From assembly GCA_965637545.1 (NCBI GenBank), contig OZ281498.1, forward strand, positions 5,890,001-5,954,000: a stretch of 64,000 bases of DNA. Direction: 5' to 3'. The stretch comes from Phallusia mammillata (lineage: Eukaryota). The position numbers and the translations under genes are program-made. The stretch's first letter is position 1. The number at the start of each line of letters is the position of its first letter. Shown here one piece after another: positions 24,001 through 37,083 of this stretch. The notes under the pieces are model-generated. The model was not told the origin of the DNA. It saw only the letters and a program-made list of their open reading frames with translations, and ran no database searches.

Positions 24001-27000
24001 CTGTAAATGTTTACGGCCAGCGAGCAAACACAATCCCAGATAAGAAGCTTTACGTGGCTATTAGCATCGAAAAGATGAAACAATTTCCCTTACGAATTTA
24101 AGACGTTCACCGTAACAATTATAAACTGAAATTTCCCAATTTTAAACATGCTTTTTCAATAGTAGTCGAAATCACGCTAAAGCATTGGTGTTTTATGTGG
24201 TAAACATTATTTCAATGTGGCCGACCAGCACCTATCTGAATGGGGAGGCCTCAAGGAGCTTGCTGGTTTAGGTTCTGCAACCAATATTCATGCAGTCACT
24301 CAACACCAATCTAGTGTGGATAAGGCGCGGAAATTTCAGTAAGGTTGACCAACGCGGCTTTTCGGGGAAGGTTGAGGAGTTGTTCAACGAAATGGTTTGT
24401 CGCTGCACCGTTGAATTCGTTTGCCAGTTCGTCGAAACGACTGGTCCTACACACAGCCAGCACTCAGCAGCTTGAACGCTGCTTTGGCCGCGGTCTGGGA
24501 TACGCGATCTTAACGGTTGCGGCTAAAAGACAAACGCTTGGAAGAGCGATGGTGTTTGTCGCACAGTGGCTCAACAACCGCAAGTCGAGCTGTGACAGTC
24601 AAACAACATTCGCTGCAGGACGTTATCATTCGCACTAGTTTGAGAAAACTGGCAAGTCGAGACTGTAGCCTGCAGCGCATGCGACCGAATAGCCGTGAAC
24701 CCTTTCTGCGGATTGCGAATTGCAAGTTCCTGTTCAATTCTCTGAACGTATCCTTGATTGGCTCCTAATGGCTTGGAACGAGAACGGTTGTTCAAACAAA
24801 TAATTGTGAAACGCGCATTTTTCCAGTTCCTCATAACGGTTGAATAGAGTTTGTGTTTGCATCCAACGAAGGGGTATGCCTGAACTGGCATTTTAATGTC
24901 TTAGGACTCAAAGGCTAAAGCTGTAAGGCGGTGTTAGTTGCACGTAGTTGCTTTTATGCACTAGAGTTAAGCCGGCAATAGATTTTTTCAGCAAACAAAC
25001 CTGAAACGCCGTAACAGAAAAAGGGCGACCAAGGTACGCTACACGCCTCAATCGGCTTGACATTCACCTTGCATACCACAGTGAAACGAATCTAATAGCA
25101 TTTAGGCTAATTTTGGTGGGGAATTTTAAAGTATACAAAAATGCGGGAAAATAATAGAACAGCGAAAAAGTAAAGGCAGCATTGAAAACTCGGTATATAA
25201 GAAAAGACAGGGTTCCAAAAAAATTTGCAATCCAAGCAAAGCATGTATTTCAATTTTTTGTGTTCATTTTATATCCCGCAATTGACAGAGAGTCGATACT
25301 CGATACGAAAAAATTTCCTATTATTAGTTGTGCTTTTAATGTGAACTGATTTATCTCTCTACGACCGCCTCTTTACTTCTCTTTTTTGCTGCTCTTCTCT
25401 CCGCCTCCTAACGTGTGGAAATTTTAACCAACCTCCACAAAAAAGGCAGCTTGGCCGGTTGGTGGTGCCATTGGGTTGGCGTAGGATTCGTTTAAACAGG
25501 AAAACGTCGCAGATCAAACGTTGGGCGACCTCATTGCATGGTCACGGTCCAGAGATCAACTTTATGTTTTTAGCATCGTAACTTTCGCAATTGATTAGCA
25601 ACGTCCTGCGACCCTCAAGCGGCATCTTATGATCACAGTTTCATGGGCCTGTTGACCACGCCACAGTAATGGGCAACACTAGTAAACGTTAAGAGCGCTT
25701 TCAGCGATATTATCAAGTTTGGGTATCTGTCTACGATTGTAGATTAGGCTTCATATAAATTTTGTGGTTCAAATACGAAGCACATCAGTTACAACGCGTT
25801 TTCATAAGTTGTCACAGATGTAAGGAATATAATGCTTAAAACAAACGACATACATGAACGATTGCTGCCTTAGAAACAAAACGCACCACAAAATTTGTGA
25901 CAATAGTGACCAATTACCGCTTTGAGCGAAGTTGTTAAAACCGCCTTTCTGTCTTTCGAAACCGGCGATTTTCAACATAATCCCTACGCTGTTTTATTTA
26001 CAGCTGCTTAAACAAAACTTAAAGTAAATACTCGTGCTGGATTAGATTTGATTTCGAAAATATAAAATCACAGGCAAAACATCAAGGGTAAAAGCTTTGT
26101 CCTGAACAACAACAGACAACCCGTATACTCACAATTACAGATAATATGCAGCGGACGAATTACTGTTCAACATTACCCTAACATGTTTGTGTGTTTTCAA
26201 ACAAATCTTTTTAACATCACCGTAAAACAACGCTTGTTCAAAAAAACAATGTTCTGACATGTTATGAACGCAAACGTTGGCCTTTTGATTTGAAACCAAT
26301 TTCAAACAAACTATTTCAGGGTGGTGGTAAACTAAATATGTTTAAACAATAGTAGACTATCTATACTAACCATACTAAACGCAACAAATTACAACACCTT
26401 GAAATTTTAACAAAGGGATGGTATATCTTGTTAGCGTTATCAAACAGGGTTGAAGGTTTGGGGATGTTTTAGGTTGCCATCTTCGAAGACCCGCTAAGCA
26501 TACGATTTTATCGCTGGCATGTTTCTAGTTAATTGCTCACTTCATGTACGGAGCCCCAATCGTTTCTTTTATCTACAGAGCTGTGTGTACATAATTGTCG
26601 TCATTCGCGCCATAACTTTCTCGTGTCAGAAACACTGCTCGGAGCAATGTGACATTGAATGTGCTGCTGCCGGTGTTGCCTTTCCACGGCGCCGCTTTAG
26701 TGTCAAACAAGTTTCACTGGATTTTTTGCAGGTGGAGGTAAGAATTGCCACTAATGAAACTTAAAGCATGATCACACCTAGCACTAGATGTCTTTAAAAC
26801 GCTTTTGTCGCAGCAACAATGTGTAAGAAAGCTGTCAGGTTGTTGTATGTTTAAGAGCACGTTTACATTTTGCATAGGCATATCGACAGCTGATCCACCT
26901 TTAAATTACAAACAGCAACTTTTAGGCATCACAGCTATAAACAATCGACAACTTATGCACACTTGTTGCCAAACGACACTGTATGGTTATACACAGGGTT

Positions 27001-28904
27001 GCCATCCACATGCACCCAAAAAAAACACCATTCGTGCTTTACTTCGTGCATCTCACGACAGCCCAGGTCTAGGTTTGCTATTACTTGATTTGACTCGTAA
27101 TTATTGAAAACAAAACAAAATAAGGACTCAAGTCAACACAAGGACATTTCTTAGAAATAAGGACAAATATTAGAAATAAGGACGGTATGGCAACCCTAGT
27201 AAAACACAAAGGCCGTTTTACAGGTTTCAGTGTACGACAAATGGATGGGACTGCAACCGCCATGCTGTAACGAAATCGAGTGGATGCGCAGACGCGTATT
27301 CGCGAGCAATCGATGCGGAAATTGCGAGGTGATTCTGAGCCAGAGTACAAACAAGTTAACCTAACCGAACAGGGCAGAGCACGTGATGTAACCGGCAGGT
27401 TTCTTCTTCGATAGAAAGTGATTTTTTGGCTGATGCATCAGCGAGATATAATTTCCTAATTGAAGTTTTACGGTGAATTATAATGAAAGTGAGGTATTAT
27501 TTTGCATACGTTGCACGTTAAGTCGTTTAGCTAGGAATGCATATCTAAACATACTACAATCGCCATTTGTTTAACAAAAAATAAAAGAAGCATACAAAGG
27601 CGTCGAACACATCCCATTTTTTTCAGTAATCGTTCAATTGAAAACTTGGTTATTTCAAAGTAATTATGTTGCATACCCACAACATACGTTCAGACAAACA
27701 CCCATTCAAACCTTTGTCAGACAGTATCAAAGATAGGTTGCATAACCCGATACAAAAGTCGTTCAATATTTTGGCTAATTGGGAATATAAAACGCCTTTT
27801 TCACATCCTACATATATTTCCGGACAGTAAATTGCAATTTTATTAGCGAACTGCTAATCATCGACTCGTTTAGGTGAAAAACAAGTACATTGTACATTTA
27901 AGCCAATGCCAGAAGTCAAGCTATTTGTAAACCATCTCAACGTGACGTTCATTTCATGCAGACTTAACCAAGCTGATTACAAGTCACATGACAACTAGGT
28001 CACGAATTGAATGTCAACAACGAGGTTAGGATGTCTATTATCCTCTGTAAGTAATTAGATTACAAACGTAACAATATAACAATATAACTTCCACGCTACT
28101 CTTACAACTTGAAATATCTTACATTTTAATTTCTGATACGATCGCAAGTGCAACTTAAGAATGCGTTTCAATTTTTTTATGTTGATAAACACCTACACAC
28201 AGTTTTAAAGCGCTATGTCAACATTCCATACAAAACATATGTAAGATGGTAAGTAACAATCATGTCGAAATTGCGGTTTGCTCATTGGCTTTGGATTAAC
28301 TCCCTATTACCAGTATTAAAACACAGATAATGTTAATAATACGGCCAGGAGAATCTATCGAAGTGTAAAACAATTTAGGGGTCTTTTCTTTGTTAAGCAC
28401 GGACGCCACGACTTACCGTGAAGTGTCCGATCTCCCATCCTTGTACATATGATTCTTGGGCTTTGCCCCGTTTCCCGGCGGAAGGGGGGTGTTGAGCCCT
28501 TGAATGACTGGGACCGATGGCGACCCCCTGTGAAGCTGGTGCACCGATGATGGATTAATGGATCCAGATGCTGATATCTGCTCACTTGCATGGTTTGGCA
28601 GCCCCGGGTAGAGTTGATGCCTGCCAGCCACTACTGTCATATCGATCGGGTCCAAACCGGGCCGCCCAACCGCGTTTGATAAATTCTTCTCTGACTCCCA
28701 AAGCGACGGACGAATCTGCTGCTGCTGTTGTTGTGCGCTCACAGAAACAGGGTTTCTGTACAGGTTGCTTTCCCACATTTGATCTGGTCGCATTGGATCA
28801 TGCAGCATACGAGTTATCGACTGTTGGTCGCTCATAGTTAAGGGATTGTGTGCGGCACCTCTACTATCCTTTGGGTCCAAATACATTGGCTGGTTATCGG
28901 CCAT
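12088..28904 (-). CDS. BCOR: BCL6 corepressor (BCOR/BCORL1 pro-orthologue; PRC1.1 subunit), ~15 coding exons, ~1750 aa
   Basis: Phase-compatible exon chain 28417-28904, 20618-20714, 18815-20438, ~18598-18733, ~17051-18221, ~16914-16983, ~16555-16644, 15940-~16134, ~14636-14708, ~14409-14571, ~13627-13771, ~13219-13302, ~13022-13155, ~12817-12950, 12088-~12742. Ankyrin repeats ([53 protein letters not shown]) are followed by YDVTADPP...[14 protein letters not shown] and a PUFD-like region, as in BCOR. The N-terminal exons are low complexity and assigned by phase only. Confidence 0.85.
13798..14275. mobile_element. Non-autonomous hAT (Charlie/Buster-type) MITE in a BCOR intron
   Basis: TIRs CAGTGGTTCCCAACCT / AGGTTGGGAACCACTG; perfect 8-bp TSD ttgtagac; subterminal ggggtccg(c/t)g repeats. 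Confidence 0.92.
15236..15874. mobile_element. Non-autonomous hAT element in a BCOR intron
   Basis: TIRs CAGTGGTTCTTAACC / GGTTAAGAACCACTG; perfect 8-bp TSD ggtaaagg. Confidence 0.9.
15252..15386. repeat. 46-bp tandem repeat (~3 copies) inside the hAT element
   Basis: Unit gtgggaaatttcatgttttcag(g/a)gggaaattatgtaagtcaggcta starts at 15252, 15298 and 15344. Confidence 0.95.
16165..16525. mobile_element. Older hAT-like MITE in a BCOR intron
   Basis: Inverted ends TAGGGATGGGTCAAAACTGA / TCAGTTTGGCCCATCCCTA; decayed TSD tgatgtat/caacgtat (5/8). Confidence 0.65.
21060..21300. promoter_or_regulatory. CpG-rich promoter of the nested PTP gene (possibly bidirectional)
   Basis: CpG-dense patch with an NRF1-like gcgcatgtgcgc, a CRE-like tgtgacgta and a YY1-like AAGATGGCTGC (~21281), directly upstream of the PTP ATG at 21407. 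Confidence 0.55.
21407..22723 (+). CDS. PTPN1: Non-receptor protein tyrosine phosphatase, PTP1B/TC-PTP (PTPN1/PTPN2) pro-orthologue, intronless, nested antisense in BCOR intron 1
   Basis: 438 aa: [47 protein letters not shown], an acidic linker, a TC-PTP-like basic helix ([20 protein letters not shown]) and a C-terminal tail anchor ([16 protein letters not shown]). Confidence 0.95.
   Translation: MKANVDRIVAEIEQQHHGWERLFHEIKLTAANYELPCKVAKLQVNRLRNRYRDVSPYDHSRVKLLDGPSDYINSSLVEVETAGRQYILSQGPLPSTAGHLWQMVWEQNSKAVIMLNKVIEKGARKCHQYWPLEMEMPMTFAEDGYEIELISEDNMANFIVRTLKLSRLDSSEEDRIIYQFHYIAWPDFGVPESPNAFLEFLTCVRSKKVLENDVGPPVIHCSAGIGRSGTFALVDTCLVFLEKNIPFDIKDTLLEMRKYRMGLIQTAQQLRFSYLAIAECARRLMDDKDGHFTSSSVSDSESDDSEDGSQKSDGEHQENGDGVSEEKPENNRDSESKDNRKRHAEKDAEATEEKRGKQEETTLPVTETVETVPKEHNNNVSDLRRRQRQEKTEATFKKIEEIKSNMQSNEKRPSWRPYIIGGLIAGVVVGLAVRYWFR
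23113..23194 (-). other. Isolated 82-nt exon-like segment encoding part of an ankyrin repeat
   Basis: Strong acceptor tttctttttttgcag and donor GAG|gtatat flank C TTT ATG GAG..., translating to [27 protein letters not shown]. No continuing ankyrin exon was found. Confidence 0.6.
26994..27198. mobile_element. Short hAT MITE
   Basis: TIRs CAGGGTTGCCAT / ATGGCAACCCTA; TSD gttataca/gtaaaaca (6/8); subterminal aataaggac repeated three times. Confidence 0.7.
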
Positions 28905-31900
28905 CTCCCATCAATTGGTAACGTTTTGTGATTCCACAGATAATTAAGTCAAAAAATGTGGTCGAACACCAGTAATCAAACAACAAACATGTTTACACAC
29001 TTCATAACCTAAACATTACAATATCGGATAAACATTGGTTCACAAAATAAGACATTCATAATTTTTCAAAAATACGGCAACAACCGTTAAAGGTGCCCGG
29101 TTTCTTTGTTAAGAAAGGCCTTTCGCGATGTTTAAATTACCATTTGATAAACCCGCTAAAAACTTCATTAAACGTGTCTGGCGAATGAACTATCCGCTTT
29201 GGATAACGTTCGTATTACGTTCGTATTACAAATCACATTCAATTTTTTTCGGAAGGTAAACTGCTCGAAAACTGTTAAGTATGAAACATGGGTATGTTGT
29301 TAGAGCTGTGTTTTTTTTTCACTTAACTTAATATTTGGTTCACTTTACGAACAGTTCGTGGGCATCGCGCTGTCCGGTGAACACGCGAGTGGATTGCCAA
29401 TCCCAGGCGCCCGCTGTTTACAAAGATCGCACGCGCGAGGCAACGTTACTTTAAAAAACCTGCACAACACGCGCAGCACACACCCAACAGTCGCTCGAGA
29501 AACCAGGCGAGACCCTGCGAGAGAGATGGGAGCGCGCTCTCCCTTTCTCTTGCTCTTGTTGTTTCTTTTATTACTCGCGAGGCGCTGTCTGTCTCCGTGC
29601 CGGTAAAGTCCGTCTCGAATGTATCAGGCCAGAGCACAAGCGCGGTTCGCACTATTGAACGAAACTGAGCTAAGGTTTTGCGTCGAAGCTACTTCCCAAG
29701 GCGGATTGAGGGTTCTGGTAGTTCACGAAAACCTCCTTTTTATGATGGCAATTTTTCCACTTAAACCATATATATGCATACAGCTGTATTTTGTTTTAGA
29801 CATTGGACATCCCTTGTAAAAAAGTGATGTACATTCGGTCCTTGGGTCGACACGCCTTTTCACTGTGACCAACCACGCGTGTTTCAGTTTAGCACTCGAT
29901 AGGCATCTAATCGGCGACCTACTTAGGCGACAAGCGTCATATTATCTCATCGTTAGCAACGCCACAAAAACACAGGCCACCTGCCTCAAGCTAAAAAAGT
30001 CAAAAACAGGTGACAAAAAAACACGAAAAACGCAGGAAAAGTATTAAAATTGTGCCACCAACGAAGGAACCATTAGTCAGCAGACATCAGCTATTTTCTG
30101 TGTCATTTCACGGCTATGCAAATATTAATTTTCGGGGAGAACTAATCCAATGCTAAGGATCCAAACTGCGATAAGCCGGTATGGGTAAGAACAGAAAGCT
30201 CTGCCCACGTAAATAATGCAAGTGTATGCCTTATGCCTTCATCTTTCATCAGGGTTCGACAAGGCCGGTTGACCGCACTAAACGTTAAACTTAACCTTAA
30301 CCGGTATAACTAAACTCTACAAGGCAACATGTTAAGGACACTGCCTTAATATTTGCTGCACTTGAAAACAAAATCGGCTGATTGGCCAAATTACAGCCGT
30401 AGCTTTTATCTGGGGCTTTGTCGCGACATCTGCGCTGGTCATTTCGTTCGCGTCATCGAGTTGCCGGAGATGGCGGGCGCAATTATGTGGAGAACACAGA
30501 ATGGCGGCCCTCGCTTTTTCGACCAAAGCTCGCCTGCCAACGGCGCACCGTAAAGGACCACGGTTTTCTCATAAAGAATGACCGCATAGGAATAGATAGA
30601 TTGCATAGTTTTATTACAGGACTTGCAAAAAACTTTTTGTTTGTACTCTGTTATAAACGCCATGTTTGGATTTTAAACAAAGACGGCTAGAACTTAGTCA
30701 GTCACATTTACACCTTACAGTAACTGATAGCAAAAAAGCACTAATTTAATTTTAGACCAGCAGGGCTGTAATCACATGCGAGCGCTTCGTTGTATTTTGT
30801 TTCACACAGCGTTGAGCGAAAGACTTATCCGTACATTCGCGGTTGTCTGGTGTGCTGTCGACAGGCGATGGTATGTCAATATTGGACATTCCCTCACTTC
30901 GAAGCTTTAAAAACTGTGAACAATTAACGCCATGTAATTTGATGTTGTGAATTATCAAATGTGTTAAATATTTTCTTAATTGTAACTAACAATTTTGAAT
31001 ATAGTGTTGTTGCCAGGTATTCTTCATAAACTTTCCTTTTTGTTAAACCGACAAATATAATCAAATCAGCCGACGTTTCGACGTCAGGGTGTCAGCTACC
31101 CAACACTATAGTCCTTATACCACTAAAAGGGTGAACACAAAAAGGACACTGGCGCAAAAAGTTTAACAGTTTTGAGTTGCACGTTGGTTTGAGATTGTGG
31201 CAATATAGCAACGTGGAAGCTTTGCATAACGAAATCCGAAAGTTTATTTTAACGACGAGCTTTTCGTAATACCCGTAAAGAATATTAGAAAGAAAACAGC
31301 GATATTTCCTAAAACATACAACGCGAGTTGTGACGTCACTACCTTGACACTTTAAACTAGACTATTTCAGCCGGGGTGATTTTGTCATGCCTTCGGGGGT
31401 AAATAAAACAATAAAAAGATTTGACATTTCTTGACACATATTAAGATAATCAGGTCCATTATGTTGTAACAACGATACACACGCACGGCAGCAACGTACT
31501 GTTACCAATGTCACAAAAAACAAGTTACCGTCTAATTCTCGCAAATACTGTTTTTGCAACAGGTTTGCATGAGCTTCGTAAGAATTGATGCAATATACTT
31601 GTTTTTAAACCAAAACTGCTAGCGTGATTATTCAGTAGACAAAACGTACATCCATAAAATATAAACACAGGCGAAACAGCTGGTGTTTCGCCGTTGAATT
31701 CTAATTACTGAAGACAAAACAGCATGTGGGATATACAATTAAAGGCTGGTTTACCGATTTGCTACAGGCGTGATCAAATCAATAGAGATACAACTAGCAT
31801 TACCACCATAACCAAGTTGTCAGTCTTCCACAATAAAATAGTCACACTAAATCGGATGCTTTTCTATCAAACATGTCGTTGTTCGGGTAGGCCGATGACG

Positions 31901-33729
31901 GAGCACCGATTGGAATTTATCAATATCTATTCTGTACATACATTGTACAGCAAACTATAATCCACCCCAAGTATGCGCGTGCAGTCAATAAACTATGCTG
32001 TACGGCAAACTTTTCAATTTGCTGCACGCTAACCAATTTTTGTTTGCAGGGTAAAAATAACTATATACGCAACAATGTTCATAGATTTTCAACTTTTAAA
32101 AAATAAACAAAAATGTTTTCATTTTTCAACTTTTGTTTGATCGCATTTTGTTGACAAAAATAATCGAAATGGAGTTCGACCGTTTTTTAGCCTCTTGCAT
32201 TTTTTCATTAAATCTTAGATTGTAGTTGCAATCTCCATGAACAAATTTTTTTCTGGACACATTTTGAAATCTATCACGGCACATTACTATGCTTTGGCAC
32301 AAACACACTGCTAGATGGTACGAGAAACAAGTTTTCTTGGTTTCTCAACAAAATTGAGACTAACTCGTGGTAAAGCGCCAATCGAGTGTGGTGCTATACA
32401 TTAAAAAACATTGATAAGAAGTCAACTTTGTACCAATGGTTTATCATATGTATGCTTGTCATGTATTTAGAAACCCACAGAAAATCAGTACCACAACCGT
32501 GGGATATCGTTAACCAGACTATAACTGCAATGTTGTGGCGTGGCAGATAAGTTCAGCAACACAAAATAGAAAAATTCAACGGTCGTTAATGTATTGGGTA
32601 GTGCCACGCGTTTGACCTTAAACCAGTTGCTTGCCCAAACGAACAGAAGTTCGCAACCGGAGGAAAATTTTTCATGCCTCGGCGGTAAATATGAGTATCA
32701 GTTTTGATATTCCTTAAAATATCCAAGAAATAATTTTACTTCAAGAAATGGTACAGAACCTTTGCTTTAGGACTAGAGACAAAAGCGGGTATTGTGTAGT
32801 CAACATATACGCCCTAAAAAGGCGAAAGCCTACAAAAGCTACTTTCCATTGAAAAATTTATATTCTTAACACAAAACTATAAAAAAACGTCTGAACAGTT
32901 CAAATCTGAACAGATATGCTCGGTTAAATTAAAAGGTTTATTACTTATGTTCGATACCGTTTCGTCCAAAACGGAACAAGCAAACGCTTAACATTGGTAT
33001 TACAGGATGTGGCCATTCAGTGCGGTTACGAAGGGCTTATATACACGTTTAAGATCTTGTCTATACACCATAAACTATGGAGTGAAAGAGAGATTGCCAA
33101 AACAATGGAACGTAGTTTCGAATGTAGTAGAAATGTGTCCGGTGTCAAAGAGGGTTGTGTTTTCAATACTATCGCTCAATATGCATGCTATATTATTTCA
33201 ACATCTCACACCCAACCACAGTTTTGGCAGTGGTTTTAGTTGATTTAAAATTCGAGTTTAAGTTTATAGAGCTGTGTTTTATTGTGGTTTGTATTTAAAC
33301 CTCGTGTAGTGGACAAGCTTACAGATTAAAGATTATGGAACCATAAAAGCACATTGGCGTTACATAAAAGCTGAATGTGTAAACTTTAATTTCACAGAGT
33401 CTATTCACAGGTTAAGTAGGGGCCATTTTTATCGATCAATTAAAAGGTTTTACCCGTGAGTTTTCTGCCAAGTTTAAGTTTGCGTTCTATCACGCAGCGG
33501 GGAACCAGTTTGATTGCGTGTCTTTCATTTGATGCGCGATGCATCAGATGGTAATTTGTCGTTGTTGGACCCAATTACTCGCCGCACGCAGTTCTTACTC
33601 TTTAATAGAAAAAATGCGCTGAAAGTTGCAAACGTAAAATGTAACAACTGCGTACATATGATTGTCAATGCGCTGCAATGCAAATGACCCTTGTTTTGTT
33701 TCGTTTTTACGGAAATTGTACGTGGGCGC

Positions 33730-33745
33730 ATGACGTCATGAGTCA
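33730..33745. promoter_or_regulatory. Overlapping CRE palindrome and AP-1 site
   Basis: ATGACGTCATGAGTCA = perfect ATGACGTCAT fused to TGAGTCA. A second CRE palindrome (GTGACGTCAC) lies at 31330-31339. Confidence 0.4.
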
Positions 33746-36602
33746 ACGCCTGTGTTACGTTACCCTGTGGCAAATTTTGTCCTGCGGAACTAAAACGTTG
33801 CCAACGAATCACATAATGGCATAGCCATACACATGTATTACGCGCACATTATTGATATTTGATCAAATCAATACAAAATATTTATGTTAGTTATATCAGA
33901 ACACAATCTTTTTGACTCTGCAATGTAACATATACAAAGACCAAATGAGGCCATAAATTTCTGCATTTCATTGCAGTAACACAAAAAACAAACAATCAAA
34001 TCGACTTTTAACAAAACACAAGGCGTAGATAAAGGAACTGCGAACGCAACACGCAATACCGATTCGGATATTTCAAACAACTGGATATCAGACGTGAAAC
34101 ACGATTCTAATGCCAGCAAACAAACTAATCTGATTTGCAATGCGTTGTGTTGTGCTGTTCATTAAACTGTTTCCAAATGCGTTAAACCCTTCTACGATGC
34201 CACTACTAACTATCTGACCTCACACATTCCCTCGAATGGGATATGGCTGACTGTTTAATGCACACAAAGCAAATCACCAAACCTCGACCTTGTGTCTCAC
34301 TTTAGTTTGGGGCAAACAACTTTTCAAATGCGGCACGTTATAATCACTGCAGCTTCATAGAACAAGTAAGGTTGATCGGCAGCCAAATTCTGCGTAGCGA
34401 CCGTGCCCTCGCGCATCGCGTAAGTGCCTGTTGATTAGACTAAACCTTCAATCACCACATGGCTATACTATAAGCATGAAACATGGGGAAAGGCTGCTGT
34501 ACAGTTTAAACAACAATCAAGAAGATACCCGTTTCTGGCAAACACAAAACCGTCAAACTACTACCGCCCAACAAAGGGCAGCCTCGTAGCGGCGTAGCAC
34601 GCCAGCTTCATATCAAAAACACTCCGGGCACACGAGACTGCTTGTGCGATTCGAGACTAAACGATCATCACTTACGTCACAGCAAAACGGCAACGCTTCG
34701 CAAACTCGTTCGCGGCGCGAGCGCTCCTTTTTCTCCTACTCCGCGCCAACCAGAGCAGAACGAAATACAATAGGGCTTTAAAACAGCGCCGTTGGCGGAG
34801 TTTCGGCAAGGAGAGGTGTCATACCGAAGTAAATGATACGAAATGACAAAAAGCGTGCCATTAGCCTCTGCGTTGGCGTCTTCTTACCACAAAATAATTA
34901 CCCCATTACAAAATCTATGCCAGTTCACTTAACTAATCAGCTGATTTCGTACAATCCTCACGCACCACGTTAAGCCAACAAGGCAAAGCCGCTTCCGTCT
35001 TGGAAATGATAGTGGCTTCCTATGCTATTGGTATGGGCGTTACTGATCTTCCGAAATTTCAAAAATGGTTTGTTTTCCCGAAGTAACAGCAATTGCCCAA
35101 CATTTGTGCAAATCAAAAAAAGGCCGTGTTGTAAACTTGCAAACCAATGGTGTCCTTTGCCCGACGATAAAGTCATGAGACACAACAAATTAATGCGTGA
35201 CATTGAACGCTTTAAAAACAAATTAAGAGCACCATATTGCTTTTTCTAACAGCAACCCAAACAGAGCAGCGCTTTACGCAGAGAGTTTTATGACTACAAT
35301 GCGCCAGTGGCTGTTTGCAATTGAGGTTAGTCAGCGGCCCTGTTGTGTGACAGAAGACCTTCGTGGAGTTGGTATTGCCAGACCAGTCAACTTGCTAAAT
35401 TTCACCCATTGCGTACATAGCCTTCTTTATTCAGTCAAAGCTAGTGACAAAACACATTGGGTCACTGTTTAGCTGCAATGTATCCAAAATGCTTACTAAA
35501 AGAGGTGCTTTAATCAAAGGCATACGTATGAATTGATTGTGGTAAGGCCACGCGCAAACGCCTACAACCAACACAAGAGCTTCTCATGTGTTGCCAAATG
35601 CCCGTTCCAATAGCGTGTTATGCAAACACCACAAACCGTAATTGTCGCTTTCCCGAAACAATTAAAGTAAACTATTGTTTACGTAACCGTGTTTTGTATT
35701 CTGTTTTTGTTTCGTTTCAGGTACGGTAATGCAGATTACCCAGTTGCATCACCCTTCAAACATTTGTTACATATTTAACAAATACAGTTTACTACAACAA
35801 CAACAAAAATTAACTCAGCTTAGGTTAGTCAATGAATACAAAAACTTTTTTTGGAGAACTGCAGTAAAATATACAGATATGGCACGATGTGGTTGTGTCG
35901 GTAGCTATGCTCTCCAATAACGCACACAACTAAAATATCCGAGTCCAAGGACAACGTTCTGACTGCTGCCAAAAGAATTCCAGACAGCTGGGTAAAAATG
36001 CCTAATCTTTGCTGACCTAACAAGTTGTTATTCGCTTGTCAAATACTTCACTTGCCAATGAAGGAAATTCGTGCTAAACGAATCTCAAGGTTTGCCACGC
36101 TACACAGATTATAAACGTAGACTAAAGACTGGCTCTTTCTTTTTGTTGCACCATCGGGTCTATTTATTTGTACACAAATGTATTGTTTCGTAATAAAGCG
36201 GTATTATACACAGTGAAGCGCGTTGGCAACTTGTGGCCAAATTTCAGTTAGGGTTTACATAATTTTGTGTGTGCTCTTGTGCTCCTTAAACAAAGTCGTA
36301 CCCCAAAACACTCTCTGAATGAACATTTGTGTCGAAAGACATTCAGTCACATATATGCGAGGTATCATTTTAAATGTTAAAAAAACTTTACTATTATGTG
36401 TTACTATGTATGTTGCGTCCACGTGTATGTGAACAAAACATACAATTCGACACGAAAAAAGGCCTTCAACCATACTGCCACTTTACATACACCATGGACT
36501 TTAAAAAATATCAGACTATGTTACATCGAATTCATATGGTTCGCATGAGCGGTTATGGGGGCGTAACTTCTTGGCTAATGGGCCAAGTACACGGCAAGAA
36601 AC

Positions 36603-37083
36603 TAGAGATGTTCCGAATATTCGGTTTGCCGAATTTATTCGGCCGAATCGGCCACTTTTGCAAAGATTCGGTTTCGGCCGAATAATTTGTTGCGATTCGG
36701 CCGAAACCGAATCTTTTACGAACACATATTTAAAGCGTTAAACGTGTCTTTTCTGCTTAGTACCAACGAAAATCGCGCCAATCATTATGTTTTTAACACA
36801 TCATCGTTTTTCCCACTGCAGACAACTAACCAGTAATTCATTGTCGGGTTGGCAATCATGCTTAAGGCAATGTTAAACCCCACAGAACTAAAATAGTGAC
36901 GAAACACAACCATTCTGCATTAATTGCCTGGTAGGTAAACTTATATTTTCATGTCAAACGCGTAGCGTACGAATTCGCGTGACGTCATGAATGATTCGGT
37001 TGATTCGGGCAAATTTATTAGGCAAAACCACCGAATATTCGGTTTCCGCCGAATCGAACTTTCGTCGATTCGGTACATCACTA
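36603..37083. mobile_element. hAT MITE with palindromic subterminal repeats
   Basis: Ends TAGAGATGTTCCGAAT / ATTCGGTACATCACTA; perfect 8-bp TSD caagaaac; many ccgaat/attcgg repeats. Confidence 0.9.

Noticed and set aside
24748-24756. U12-type donor GTATCCTTG (and another on the minus strand at 63499-63506)
   Set aside because: Neither borders an identifiable exon, and such matches are expected by chance in 64 kb.
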